In this document: in pieces, positions 1 to 11,249 of the stretch
Numbering within the stretch: position 1 is the stretch's first letter
Layout of the letters: every line of letters starts with the position of its first letter
NCBI GenBank assembly: GCA_001600695.1
Contig: BCKQ01000011.1
Location: forward strand, 513,413-577,412
DNA: 64,000 nucleotides
Direction of reading: 5' to 3'
Origin: Ascoidea asiatica JCM 7603
Taxonomy: Eukaryota > Fungi > Ascomycota
Position numbers and translations under genes: made by a program
The notes under the pieces: model-generated
Told to the model about the DNA's origin: nothing
Seen by the model: the letters and a program-made list of their open reading frames with translations, nothing else
Databases searched by the model: none

Positions 1-1560
1 ATGACCTATGACATGTGACTAGAATATAACATGATATCCTACTACTTGTGTACCTGTACACAGACTCATGCAAGGTCATGTAAATTGATGTATTCTTCAT
101 GCAACTTAATGCAACTTTATGCAACAATATGTGTATTTATGCCTAATTATGCATCTCTATGCATAATTATACATAGTGTACACACATTATTGTATAATAC
201 ATAATTCCTTTACGTTTACTATAGATACGTGTCTTTTAGACCTTCACCACCTATGGTGTTAGTACCAATATATGCCCTAGCATATATAGGTCTCTATTAT
301 TTCCAATAAAACATGCTGTTGCAAATTGAGTTTTTACATTGCATGCTAGCGCAACTATAAATACAACAAATGATAAAAGATAACTTAATGATTACAAATA
401 GTTCTCAACTCCGATCAACGTACCATATGGAAGATATATAGTTGGAAGGTTATGGATATCTTGAATTCAACGAATTTTCTTTAAATGGTCATTTATCAAT
501 AACCGTGATGCTAATCACTTGTTAAGAGCTAATCCACTTACAAGTATTGTGTATCTTGTATTATTTACTGCTCATTCTCCCCTAATCATTGATCCAAATT
601 CCCAAGAAGGTGAATCTTTTCATCATGTTATTAATAAACTTTTTTCTCAACATATTGCAACTACTTCAACTGTTACCTTCATAGCTAATGCTTCTGCTTC
701 TCTTCCAAAATTTCCTTCTTTACTTTCTTCAAATCATCCTTCACTTAGGAAATTACGTAAGCATTTACCTTCCAAATTAGATATTTAACTACATGCCCAA
801 TTGGGATATGCTTCTGTTAAAAGATTAAGAGAGTTAGGATTTCACATTAACCCTAAAAACTGTAAACTTATTATGAAAGATCAAGTTTGGAAGGTAACTA
901 AATTTCAAAGGGGATGAAACAAAGGACTATCATCACTCAGTCAATTAAAACTTTTGAACAACTACATATAGGTACCTTTGGCAGTATATATGTTCCTATG
1001 AAGAAACAGTATTTTGTGTTTTTGATAGATGACTATTCAAGATACGTTCATACTATTGGTTTTCAATCAAAAGCTGATACTGCTAGTGATATAAATCAAT
1101 ATATCCAGAGAGTACACAATAGGTTTGATTATTCTCCCACAAAAATTAAAAAGGATCAAAGTTCTGCATTTCTGAGAATCAATACTGTTGGTATGATCAC
1201 TATCCTTGATGCTCCTAAAGGTAATACTGAAATGGAACTTCTGATACTGCAGTCAAGACAATCAACGAAATGCATGCTTGTATTGTAGCACATATCTCGA
1301 ACCATTCTGTTGATGCTCATTTTAGATTGTCAGTGTTTCATGCTACCACAATATATAATGGTTTACTTTATGCTTGAACGTCTAAAATTCTATATGAGCC
1401 ATACTAAGTTTCTACCCTAAAATTGTCATACTTACCCAAGTTCCTTGTGAATCGCTCACTCCTACATGTAAACACTAGATCCAAGTTGATGCATATTTTA
1501 TTTAGTGGTTTCCAACTTTTATTCATTTATTCCAACTCAAAATAATCAAATTATCACTAC
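1..1560 (+). mobile_element. Degenerate, truncated Ty1/copia LTR-retrotransposon remnant (LTR-like start, protease, GAG-pre-integrase, integrase core)
   Basis: Broken frames give EGYGYLEF and NHLLRANPLTS (copia protease region), LHAQLGYASVKRLRE at ~789 (WHxRLGH-type pre-integrase) and FEQLHIGTFGS...YFVFLIDDYSRY in ORF 914-1288 (rve core). Stops and frameshifts are present and no RT follows. Boundaries approximate. Confidence 0.8.
99..172. repeat. Degenerate 10-bp tandem repeat, consensus ~ATGCAACTTT/ATGCATAATT, about 7 units
   Basis: Successive decamers gcaacttaat, gcaactttat, gcaacaatat, gtgtatttat, gcctaattat, gcatctctat, gcataattat. Confidence 0.75.
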
Positions 1561-3617
1561 ACACGGATAAGATGTTAGAACTTTAGGTACCTGTGACCAC
1601 CATCTGCCCCATTATGCTGTTAGATAGCCTACTTGAAGTTAGGTTTAAATAATCCAAACTTTTTAGGTTCAATTACTGTGGGAAGTCCCGGTACAATTTA
1701 CCCGTACCTGGCTCAGCTTCTCGCAAGGCCATTCGACCTGGCCCATTAATTAGCATCAAGCCTTTAATCAACCAGTTTGGAGTGGAGCCATTACTAACAA
1801 GGTTATTTTGTTTCTTCAACAAAACTCATTTAAACGATTTAATACTTCAGTTCCCAGTAATTTTAAATTTATTATTTCATTCCGGATTTTCAACGAACTT
1901 AATTCTCAATTATTCGACTAAAGATTAACCAATACTGCTCCTCGTAATCCTATTCGTTCAAGGTCTTTGCCGTCTTCTCGACCATGGGTCAACTGTGTCA
2001 CTGTTATGGTTTTCATAATTACACATTCTATTCAAACCCGAAATCCCAAAGTTTGATACTTAACGTGCTTTGCTCAATACTCATGTTCTAGCATATAGTT
2101 TATTCTTGGATACAATTTGCAAGCCTTGAGTGATAACTTCCGCTGAACGTTTTTAGATGTTCTTGGCCAAGCGAAAGATCTCAGTTACTTTGCACTTAGG
2201 TTCAGAAAACAAAGGGCATCAAAAATTTTATTCAAATATTTTAGTTCATGGAATGACCTTCGTCTCCGTGACAATACTACTGGTGGATATCTTAACCATC
2301 GTGTTAAAGCTACCATCAAAATATTACTGGAGTAACTTTTCTTTTAAAATGAATTAGCACAATCAAGCCAAGCTAGGGACTACGCCTACCGTACCTCGTC
2401 CGTGTTGAATGTTATCACTCAACCCATCAACGACCAGTTACCGGTTCCCGGACCTATTAGGATGACGTGCCTCTCGAGCTCCCGGTCGTGATGTTACCAG
2501 ACTTATGCTTTATCAACCCCAGCTGCGATACGCGCCTCGGTGTTACAGTATACACATATGGCTTCGTGACTTACTGTTAGAAGATTAGCAAAATGTTCTA
2601 AAAAACAAGTACACGGATAACTTATTATTACGATATTGTCGGTATTGTTCCATTTATGATCCGCTTAGAAACGTTCTACTATCGCTAAGAAAGCTCCCAA
2701 GTATTGCGCCGGGCAGCTCCTTATTGATTTACTTTGATCCAAGTTTTTACAATTCACAGCAACTATATTGACAACCTGCTAATCAACACCGGTTGCAAAT
2801 TGCAAAATATGTTCACCAGTATTTGACCTGTTTGGTATATGTTTGCTAGTGGATCTACAGAAATCAGCATCCCCAACGTTAATTTATACAGGTTCATACA
2901 AACACCTGTTAGCGGAGTTAGCTGATTGTGGCGCTTTAATACCTGTGATGCTAAAGACAGTTTTTGTTTTATTTTCAAAACTGTTTCTAATTGTGTTATG
3001 CAACGTTGTGAAACTGCGCGCAAGTCGCTACACAAATTGGCTACATTTGACCAACATTAAAATTGAACCTTTACGAAACGTGAAAATGTTCTTTGTTGTG
3101 ATTCTTCTGTACAGTGGCGTTCCGCCTACATTATCTAAGGTTGCCTGTTGGCATATCATATATGTCGTTTATTAGCAATGCTTTAGATTTGTTTCGCTGT
3201 TCCTAGAATTTGAGAATTGCATAAATTGTTCTATAATAACCATTACAAGCAGAAACAGCACATTTGTGTGCATGGTAAGTATCCTAAAATAACTATGGTC
3301 TGCATTGCTTAGGTTTTTGCTCTACTTTTTGTTTGCATCTTGAGTTTACTGGGGTCTTTTTCTTTATTTCCAAAATGCCGTAGTGGATTTTACAATATAA
3401 TTTTATTTTACCTTTTTTCTTATGTATGCGGAAGGGAACTTTCACACAATAATTGAGTAAATTTATTCTTAAGATTGGTTTTCCGCTCCAATTCTACTAA
3501 TATAAATAAGCTAGTTCCCTCCAATATTGGTTATATAATTTTTATGTATTTTATATTTTAATTAACTCTTGTTTATAATTTGAATTAGATATCTTCTTAG
3601 TAGTAATTAGATATTTT

Positions 3618-3780
3618 GTTCGAACTACAATCGCCAGCGGTCATACCCATACCGAGGTGTCCCTCCAAAATCACTCCGCACAAGGGTTGTCAGGTGGAGA
3701 TTGATTCAGGTAATGCATTGTAGCCTCACGAGGCTTGTCTGGTTACCCGGATAGTAGCACTTTCATGTCTCGTAACTTTA
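3618..3780 (+). other. GC-rich, highly foldable non-coding element, identity unknown (candidate structured RNA)
   Basis: Several complementary segments, some with G-U pairs on the + strand; GTTCGAAC immediately upstream and T-rich sequence downstream. Confidence 0.35.
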
Positions 3781-4109
3781 TTTATTTTATATTTTGAATT
3801 AGTGTTTTTGTGTGGTTTTGGTTATTTTTTTTTAATCTTGTTGAAAAGAGACTTATGTTTGGAAACCTATTGAAAAACAGTAATTAAACTGAAGGTAGTA
3901 GTAATTTCTGTTCTTTGTCCAAGACAATTCTGAATGATTGATGATTGTTTGAATCTGATTTCTTGAATATGTTTATATATATATATGTTTATTTTCTTAT
4001 GGATATTTTTTTTTTTCTGGAATTTTTGTTCTGTATATCTTGATTTTGGTTAAAAATATTACCTTTTGATATTTTCTAAAATTTAAAGGTGCAAATTTGA
4101 AATTTAAGA

Positions 4110-5384
4110 ATGTTAATTGAGTTCAGTAAAAAAGAGTTATTTGATTTATTATCTTTGTCTGAATCAACAACTGATTTAAGCTTAATTGAAAAAAGTCATG
4201 CAGAAGTTATAAAAGAAATTCATCCTGATAAAAAAAAAGATTTGGATGACACTTTATTTAAAAGATATTATCCTTCTTATAAAAAACTAATACTCGAATT
4301 ACAATTTCTTCAAGAAAATAAAAACTATGATAACGATTCATTTTCAACTACATATGAAAGAGAAGGAGAAGAAGAACAATATTCAAAAAACAAAGTTGAT
4401 ATTAAAGAAAAAGATTTTTATAGTAATTCAGTTATTTCCAATTCTTCATACAATAACTTAAGTGATGTTTGTACAATTGAACAATATTTAAATTTTCATA
4501 TAGTGAGTCTTAACTTTTCAAATTACCAATGTGATAATCCTGAAATTTTATTAAACTCAACAAGTTTTCTGCAGACACCTTTTCAAAAATGCTTTAATTG
4601 CGGAATTGAAAATTTATTTTATAAAACAGTACTAAATATTACTTATAAATTAAATAAAGGAACTATCGAAGGTTTATATCGTTTAAATTTAAATGAAATT
4701 CCACAATTAAATCTTTATAATACTTTAATTTATAAAAATTCAGAATTAGATAATTTTAATGATAATGGAAAAATTTTACATTCTTTTTTAATTCCAATTA
4801 AAACAAATTTTACTTTATATTTTATCAATCTAAAAAAGAGTAAATCAAAAAGATCAAAATTAATCCACTATTTCAATTCAAATGATTCATCAATTTCACA
4901 AAATTTTACAGAAGAATTTTTTTCTATTGATAAAAAAGAAATTGAAAATAATTTCATGTTGGAAAATATTAAAATATCTGAAGACAGTGATTCATCTTCA
5001 ATAATTTTGAATATTTATATTGAAAACTTAGAAAATATTTTGAATAAATTAATTATAATTAGATCAAATTCAAAAAATAGAGGAGGTAAAAATGGATCAG
5101 AATTATTATCAAGTGATATAATTATACCAAATATATTTATTATTGTATTTGGAACTTTTATAAGTAAAGATTATGAAAACAAATATGTTGTTAAACTAGA
5201 ACATATTCACAGAGAATTTCTATTTCATTGTAACAAACATTTTGAAAGTTTATCTTTGAGTGATGAAAATTCAATCAATGATTTACTCAATATGGAATCA
5301 TTTTGTGAATTTTCCCAACAGTACAATTTAAAGGATGAAAATAAAAAGTATAATGGTTCTTTTATTATTCAATTTATATTTTGA
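4110..5384 (+). CDS. J-domain (Hsp40-type) protein, paralog A, unassigned C-terminal region
   Basis: N-terminal LFDLLSL...IKEIHPDK...LFKRYYPSYKKL J-domain with HPD; no G/F region or CxxCxGxG repeats; 424 aa. Confidence 0.8.
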   Translation: MLIEFSKKELFDLLSLSESTTDLSLIEKSHAEVIKEIHPDKKKDLDDTLFKRYYPSYKKLILELQFLQENKNYDNDSFSTTYEREGEEEQYSKNKVDIKEKDFYSNSVISNSSYNNLSDVCTIEQYLNFHIVSLNFSNYQCDNPEILLNSTSFLQTPFQKCFNCGIENLFYKTVLNITYKLNKGTIEGLYRLNLNEIPQLNLYNTLIYKNSELDNFNDNGKILHSFLIPIKTNFTLYFINLKKSKSKRSKLIHYFNSNDSSISQNFTEEFFSIDKKEIENNFMLENIKISEDSDSSSIILNIYIENLENILNKLIIIRSNSKNRGGKNGSELLSSDIIIPNIFIIVFGTFISKDYENKYVVKLEHIHREFLFHCNKHFESLSLSDENSINDLLNMESFCEFSQQYNLKDENKKYNGSFIIQFIF

Positions 5385-5766
5385 GATATATTATATATTA
5401 TATTAAATATGTTTAAGATATATACTGTATATATAAAAATATATCAAATTATACCAAATAAACATATTCGAACGCATATTTGCGGAGATGTTTTCCTTGG
5501 TTTTACCCTGAAGGCTTGACTTGCATTTGTAGCTGTGGATTAGAAGTCTTTTTTATTGAACTAGTTCTCCAGAACCAGATTTATCATTCTAAAAGATTTC
5601 AAATCAGATTGATAACTTTTTAATAAGTTACATATTCTAATGAGCTTTTGAAAAGAAATAAAGCAAAGCTAGGTAAATTTGAATAAAAAGTCCTCTTTTT
5701 TAAAGGTGAAATTCAAAAATATATATCAGAAACAGTAAGTTCCTAGACTTCTTCAAGATTTCAAAC

Positions 5767-6921
5767 ATGGAGGAACCATTATCCAAACAAGAATTATTTT
5801 TATATTTAAATTTACCTATATCAACAACAGACTTGGAAAAAATAAGAACAGAACATGCAAGAGTAATAAAATTGATTCATCCAGATAGAAATAGAAAGTC
5901 AGATGGTAGATTATTTCGAAGATATTGGCCTGCATATCAAAAATTAGAAAAAGAATTAGAAAAATTTGAGATAAATAAAAATTTATCTTATTTCAAAGAT
6001 GAATATGATGATTATGATGATTATGAGTCTTATTATAAAACCAAGGATGGTACAAAAAAATCTACAAATAATATTTTAACAGGACCTTGTACTATTCAAC
6101 AATATTTAGATTATAATGTTAAAGATATGAAACTTTATTCATATCAAATTGATAAACCTGAATATCTATCAAAAATAACAGACTATTCTTCAATTCCACA
6201 AAAAATTACTCATAATTGTTCAATTGAATATGTATTTCATGGATATACATTAAATTTTAAATATGAAGTTGAAAATAAAAATTTTCAATATGATTTATCA
6301 TTAAATAAAATTCTATTTTTAAATGCATATAGTATTTTATTTTATAGACATTTACAATTAAAAACAGTGGATAAAAAATTTTTTATTCATGGATTTTTAA
6401 CTTTAAATGAAACTGAATTTTCAATTTATCAAATCAAATATAATTATAATTTAAATACTTATAATTTTAAAAAATTAAAAGGTCTTACAGAATTTGGTGA
6501 TTATTCATTTGAACAAATTAAATTAATTCATTTAAATGATTCATTTTCAATTAAATTAATAATCAAAATCAATTCATTAGATAATATAATTAGTGATTCA
6601 ATTTTAATTAGAACTAATAGTTTTTTCACAAATCCTAGTGATATAAATTTTTTAGAAACAGATATTATTATACCAAATATTTTTATCAAATTATTAGGAA
6701 ATTTTGAAATTATTAATAAAGAAAAAATATATACAGTTACTTTAAATCATATTCATAGAGAATTTTTATTTTCATTACGTACTAAAGCTGCAAAATTATC
6801 TTTAACACAACAAAGTTCTATTGATGAATTATTCAATGTTTATGATTATACTAAATTTTATGAATCTTTCAAATCCACTTACAAAGATCTTGGTTCTTTT
6901 ATAATTGAGTTTGTGTTTTGA
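5767..6921 (+). CDS. J-domain protein, paralog B
   Basis: IKLIHPDRN J-domain; shares CTIxQYL, DIIIPNIFI, HIHREFLF and GSFIIxFxF with 4110-5384. Confidence 0.8.
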   Translation: MEEPLSKQELFLYLNLPISTTDLEKIRTEHARVIKLIHPDRNRKSDGRLFRRYWPAYQKLEKELEKFEINKNLSYFKDEYDDYDDYESYYKTKDGTKKSTNNILTGPCTIQQYLDYNVKDMKLYSYQIDKPEYLSKITDYSSIPQKITHNCSIEYVFHGYTLNFKYEVENKNFQYDLSLNKILFLNAYSILFYRHLQLKTVDKKFFIHGFLTLNETEFSIYQIKYNYNLNTYNFKKLKGLTEFGDYSFEQIKLIHLNDSFSIKLIIKINSLDNIISDSILIRTNSFFTNPSDINFLETDIIIPNIFIKLLGNFEIINKEKIYTVTLNHIHREFLFSLRTKAAKLSLTQQSSIDELFNVYDYTKFYESFKSTYKDLGSFIIEFVF

Positions 6922-7425
6922 AAGTCAAACAATTGGAAAATGGAAGACATTCATACTCTACTCTATTTTCATATCTAGTTTTTATTCTTCTTATATTCTT
7001 CGTGATCCCATTCTCTTTATAGTCTTTATTCTCTCTCAATTTCAGCTCTTCTTTCCTCAGCGTACACCTTCTTTTTTTTGCTTTTCTTTTATTCTGTTCC
7101 TTATCTCAAATACACGACTCGCTTCAGGCTCCGTTGCCGTAGTTCTCAGCCGCCAGTGCTGGTTGCTGGATGTCTCTCACTGACGAATTCTCATAAAGGA
7201 ACAAGATTAAAGGTATTTTGTCAAGGAAAGAAGAAAGAAATAAATGAAGAAGTTATTGAAGAAGAAGAAGTGAATATAAAGTAAACTACTTTTCTTCTTT
7301 CTTCTGCTCTTACAGAGATTTCTTCACATTCACTTAGACTAATTTTTCAAACTTATACGTCTTTCAAAGAGTGCTCTTTATCAATTGTTTATTTCCTATC
7401 TTTTTAATTCAATCAACTCATTTCA

Positions 7426-8853
7426 ATGGAAGAAGGTCCAATAGAACTTAAAGGATTGAAATATCCAGCAAAGGATCATGCTTTGAAAGTTAAAACACAT
7501 TTTATTTCAAGAAAAGGTGATTCATATTTAAATTCTGCTTTTTTTATTGCTGGTTCTAAGTTTCAATTATATCCATATTGTGATCAATTTGCTCCATTAA
7601 GACAAAATAGATATTTTCATTATTTATCTGGTGTTAATCAAATTTCTGGATGTTTTATTTTATATAATTTAAAAAATGAAAAATTAATATTATTTTTACC
7701 TGAAATTGATTATGATGATGTAATGTGGAGTGGTTTACCATTAAATTTTAATGATGCAAAAAAAAATTTTAATATTGATGAAGTTTATTATATTAATAAA
7801 ATTGAAATAATTTTAAAAAAATTAAATGAAGAAAATTTTAAAATTTTTACAACTGATAAAATTGAATATAAAAATGAAAATTTTTCAAAATTTATTATTG
7901 AAAATGATTCTGATTTTTTTTTTGCATTAAATGAATCAAGATTAATTAAAGATTCATATGAAATAAGTTTAATGAAACATGCTGCAAAAATTACTGATAA
8001 TTCTCATTTATCTGTAATGTCTGCATTACCAATTGAAAAAAATGAAGGTCATATTCATGCTGAATTTATTTATCATTCAATTAGACAAGGTTCAAAATTT
8101 CAAAGTTATGATCCAATTTGTTGTTCTGGTAAAAATTGTGGTACTTTACATTATATTAAAAATGATGAATCAATAATTGGTAAAGATTCGATTTTAATTG
8201 ATGCAGGTGCAGAATGGGAATGTTATGCATCTGATGTCACAAGATGTTTTCCAATCAATGGTAATTGGAATCAAAATCATTTAAATATTTATTTAACAGT
8301 TTTAGATATGCAAAATAATGTAATGAAAAATATTAAACCAGGTATAAATTGGGAAGATTTACATTTATTAGCTCATAAAATTTTAATAAAAAATTTTATT
8401 AAATTAGGTTTATTTAAAGGTGATGAAATTGAAATTTTTAATAGTGGAGTTTCTATTCATTTTTTTCCTCATGGTTTAGGACATTTATTAGGTATGAATA
8501 CTCATGATGTTGGTGGTTATCCAAATTATGAAGATAAAAATCCAATGTTAAGATATTTAAGATTAAGAAGAACTTTAATTCAAGGTATGGTTGTAACTAA
8601 TGAACCTGGAGTTTATTTTTCACCATTTTTATTAAAAGAAGCTTTAAAAAATCCAAAACAAAGTAAATTTATTCAAATGGATATTGTTGAAAAATATATG
8701 AATATTGGTGGAGTTAGAATTGAAGATGATATTTTAGTTACAAAAGATGGATATGAAAATCTAACAAAAATAACAAGTGATCCATTTGAAATCTCATCTA
8801 TAGTTAAAAAAGGTCTAGCTAAAGGTAAAGAAGCCTTTCATAATATTATATAA
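7426..8853 (+). CDS. Xaa-Pro aminopeptidase/prolidase (M24B; YFR006W-like)
   Basis: RQNRYFHYLSG, LIDAGAEW, ASDVTR, PHGLGHLLG.THDVGG, TNEPG, GGVRIEDD motifs. Confidence 0.93.
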   Translation: MEEGPIELKGLKYPAKDHALKVKTHFISRKGDSYLNSAFFIAGSKFQLYPYCDQFAPLRQNRYFHYLSGVNQISGCFILYNLKNEKLILFLPEIDYDDVMWSGLPLNFNDAKKNFNIDEVYYINKIEIILKKLNEENFKIFTTDKIEYKNENFSKFIIENDSDFFFALNESRLIKDSYEISLMKHAAKITDNSHLSVMSALPIEKNEGHIHAEFIYHSIRQGSKFQSYDPICCSGKNCGTLHYIKNDESIIGKDSILIDAGAEWECYASDVTRCFPINGNWNQNHLNIYLTVLDMQNNVMKNIKPGINWEDLHLLAHKILIKNFIKLGLFKGDEIEIFNSGVSIHFFPHGLGHLLGMNTHDVGGYPNYEDKNPMLRYLRLRRTLIQGMVVTNEPGVYFSPFLLKEALKNPKQSKFIQMDIVEKYMNIGGVRIEDDILVTKDGYENLTKITSDPFEISSIVKKGLAKGKEAFHNII

Positions 8854-9021
8854 GTTTAAGTTCACAGATATAATTTTTAATAATTTTAATTCATTTCAAT
8901 TGATCAATTTTAACAAAGTTAAGCAAAATTGAATAATTTCCATATCAAATACGAAATTCGATTATTCTGTTCTATTCTCCATTCTAGTATTAGCAACGGT
9001 TACTTTCTTGTTCGTTCATGA

Positions 9022-9094
9022 GCCTTTATGGCCAAGTTGGTAAGGCACCTCACTAGTAATGAGGAGATCGTCTGTTCGAATCAGGCTGAAGGCA
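9022..9094 (+). tRNA. tRNA-Thr(AGT)
   Basis: Cloverleaf GCCTTTA/TGAAGGC acceptor, CCTCA-CTAGTAA-TGAGG anticodon arm, GTTCGAAT T-loop, T-run terminator just downstream. Confidence 0.96.
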
Positions 9095-9216
9095 ACTCCT
9101 TTTTTTCGGTTGTATTTTTGTGGTATTTTAGATTGAATATACAAATTTATCAGGTAATAATAATGGTATAATAATGTTTATTATATATAATTCTATATTA
9201 TTATTGTTTATTTCAA

Positions 9217-9939
9217 TTAACAAAGATTCATAACAATATTTTCATTATTTTCATAATCATTATTGGTAATATTATTATAATTATTTAAAAAATTAAATAA
9301 TTTTTTATCTAATTGAATATATAAAATATTAATTGAATTAATTTGATTTAAAGATAAATTTAAATTATTAAAATTTGAATTTTTAATAATTTCTAATAAA
9401 ATTCTTATTGAATTATTAATTTTATTAAAATTTATTGAATTTGGAAAATTTAATTCATTTTCAATTAAATTTAAATTATAATTATTTAAATTTTTAAAAT
9501 TTTTAAAATTTAAATTAATTTTATTTAAATTTATTAAATTAATTAAAATTTTTAAACCATTAATTGAATTTGAGATTATAAAATCATCATTATCATTAAT
9601 ATTTTCAGATTTTAATTCAGGTATATAATTATTATTATAATTATAAATATATGAATCATTTCTTAAATCTTTAGTTACTTTATCAATAATTTCTTTATCA
9701 TAATTAAATAATTGATTATTAAGATTTATCTCACAACCATTTGAATTATTTAAAGTGAAATTATTATAATAATTCATTTGATCAATAATTTGTTTAGAAT
9801 TATAAGTAATTTTTTTTGAAATTTTATTAAAATATTTATTATTTGATAAATATGAAGAAGGTTGAATTAATTTAATTGAAGTTCCTTTAATATAAGTATT
9901 TGAATTTAAATTTGAATTTGAAAATGAGTTATAATTCAT
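9217..9939 (-). CDS. Hypothetical Asn-rich protein (240 aa)
   Basis: ATG-initiated 723-bp ORF in very AT-rich DNA, where chance ORFs of this length are unlikely; no recognisable domain. Confidence 0.6.
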   Translation of the reverse strand: MNYNSFSNSNLNSNTYIKGTSIKLIQPSSYLSNNKYFNKISKKITYNSKQIIDQMNYYNNFTLNNSNGCEINLNNQLFNYDKEIIDKVTKDLRNDSYIYNYNNNYIPELKSENINDNDDFIISNSINGLKILINLINLNKINLNFKNFKNLNNYNLNLIENELNFPNSINFNKINNSIRILLEIIKNSNFNNLNLSLNQINSINILYIQLDKKLFNFLNNYNNITNNDYENNENIVMNLC

Positions 9940-10664
9940 TACTAGTTTAAAATTATTTTTTGTTTAAAAAAAAAAAAGATATGAATTCTAGCTATTTTAT
10001 ATCATTAATAATTAGATAAAAAACAAAAGATATAAGAATTAGAATTGGATATAAATATATATAATAATATAATGAATAATGAATAATAAACTTGAATTGT
10101 AAATAGCAAAAATTAAATAAAGTTAATTAAAGTTTTTTGATTATAAATAATTTAATTTAAAAAAGAAGGATCTTTTAAAGTGAAAAATTTGATAATGTCA
10201 GAATATGATTTATATTTTCTTCTTGTAATGATTTATGTTAAAAGGGATTGAATTATTTCATTGTTTGAAATAAATAAATTTTGAAATATTAAAGAAGAAT
10301 ATCATTGATCAATGAATGATATTTTGGAAGATTGAGATCTTCAGATTATTCATTTGAAGTGAATGATAATGATAATGAAAATGGCAATTGCAACAGAAAC
10401 TCTCTACTAAAAAGTGACACAAACCACAGATTTTAAGCACAGACAGAGATAAATAAGGAAATACAGAGAGATAGACATAATAAAGAAAATGGCAGCAGTG
10501 GAGGAATCTGTGGCTCTTTTCTGGCTCTTCTCTGGCTCTTCTCTGGCAGCTGTTTTTGGTGTTTTTGGTGTTTTTGGTGCAAAGGAAAAGCAGTGAAATA
10601 TTGAAATATCGAAATATCGATACAAAGTTAAATACAGGAAATATAAAACAAAAAATTAAAAAAA

Positions 10665-10782
10665 TGGCTGCAAGGAGGTTCGAACTCCTGCATCTCTCGA
10701 TATCTGATTGCTCGCTTTTTTGTTAAGTGAAAGTTAACAAGTAACTTGAGTCAGACGCCTTAGACCACTCGGCCATACAGCC
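10665..10782 (-). tRNA. tRNA-Leu(CAA) with 36-nt intron (10709-10744)
   Basis: Reverse complement GGCTGTATGGCCGAGTGGTCTAAGGCG TCTGA CT CAA G [intron] A TCAGA ... GGAGTTCGAACCTCC TTGCAGCCA; spliced length 82 nt with long variable arm. Confidence 0.95.
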
Positions 10783-10920
10783 ACTTTCTTGTGGTTTTAC
10801 GATTTGGAAGTTTTGACAGGCAGAGCTTCTAAGAGCTAGTGTGAGACCGGATTTATGGTACTTTTGTTCTAGACGACTGTTGCACACGTGCCGGAGGTGA
10901 AACGAATAAACAACAACAAA

Positions 10921-11018
10921 AGAAGATGCAAAAGAAGCAGAAGCAGAAGCAGAAGAAGAAGAAGAAGAAGAAGAAGAAGAAGCAGGAAAGAAAGAAGAGG
11001 CAAAAGAAGTAAAAGAAG
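10921..11018. repeat. (GAA)n/(GAAGCA)n purine-rich microsatellite
   Basis: Direct reading; it also explains the spurious poly-Ser ORF 10723-11031. Confidence 0.85.
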
Positions 11019-11249
11019 CTGATTCAATCATAAATCTTATCTTCCAGTCTTTCAGTCTTCAAAATAACTGACTTGGCCATATAGTCTTATCTTTCTAATC
11101 CATCGTGTAGCTTCTTTCCAACTTAGAAATGGATCTTGTGAGAAACTAAGTATCTGACACATCAACATATTAAAAGAAGAAAAGAATAATAAAAAGACCA
11201 CCAAGAACAAGAATAAGAATAAAAGTTAATAGATAAAAGATAATGAGAA

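Noticed and set aside
3632-3760. 5S rRNA (GCGGTCATACC start) or HEARO/omega-like RNA on the minus strand
   Set aside because: No CCCGTCCGATC or other 5S internal motifs; the HEARO resemblance is limited to ACCAGAC-AG-hairpin-CTAC and no IscB/TnpB/Fanzor ORF is nearby
10665-10782. Possible CUG-reassigning tRNA(CAG)
   Set aside because: Anticodon is CAA with normal U33; an ordinary intron-containing Leu tRNA. The genetic code of CUG cannot be decided from this window by eye.
10407-11031. ORFs 10407-10625 and 10723-11031
   Set aside because: Produced by microsatellites and overlap with the tRNA-Leu gene
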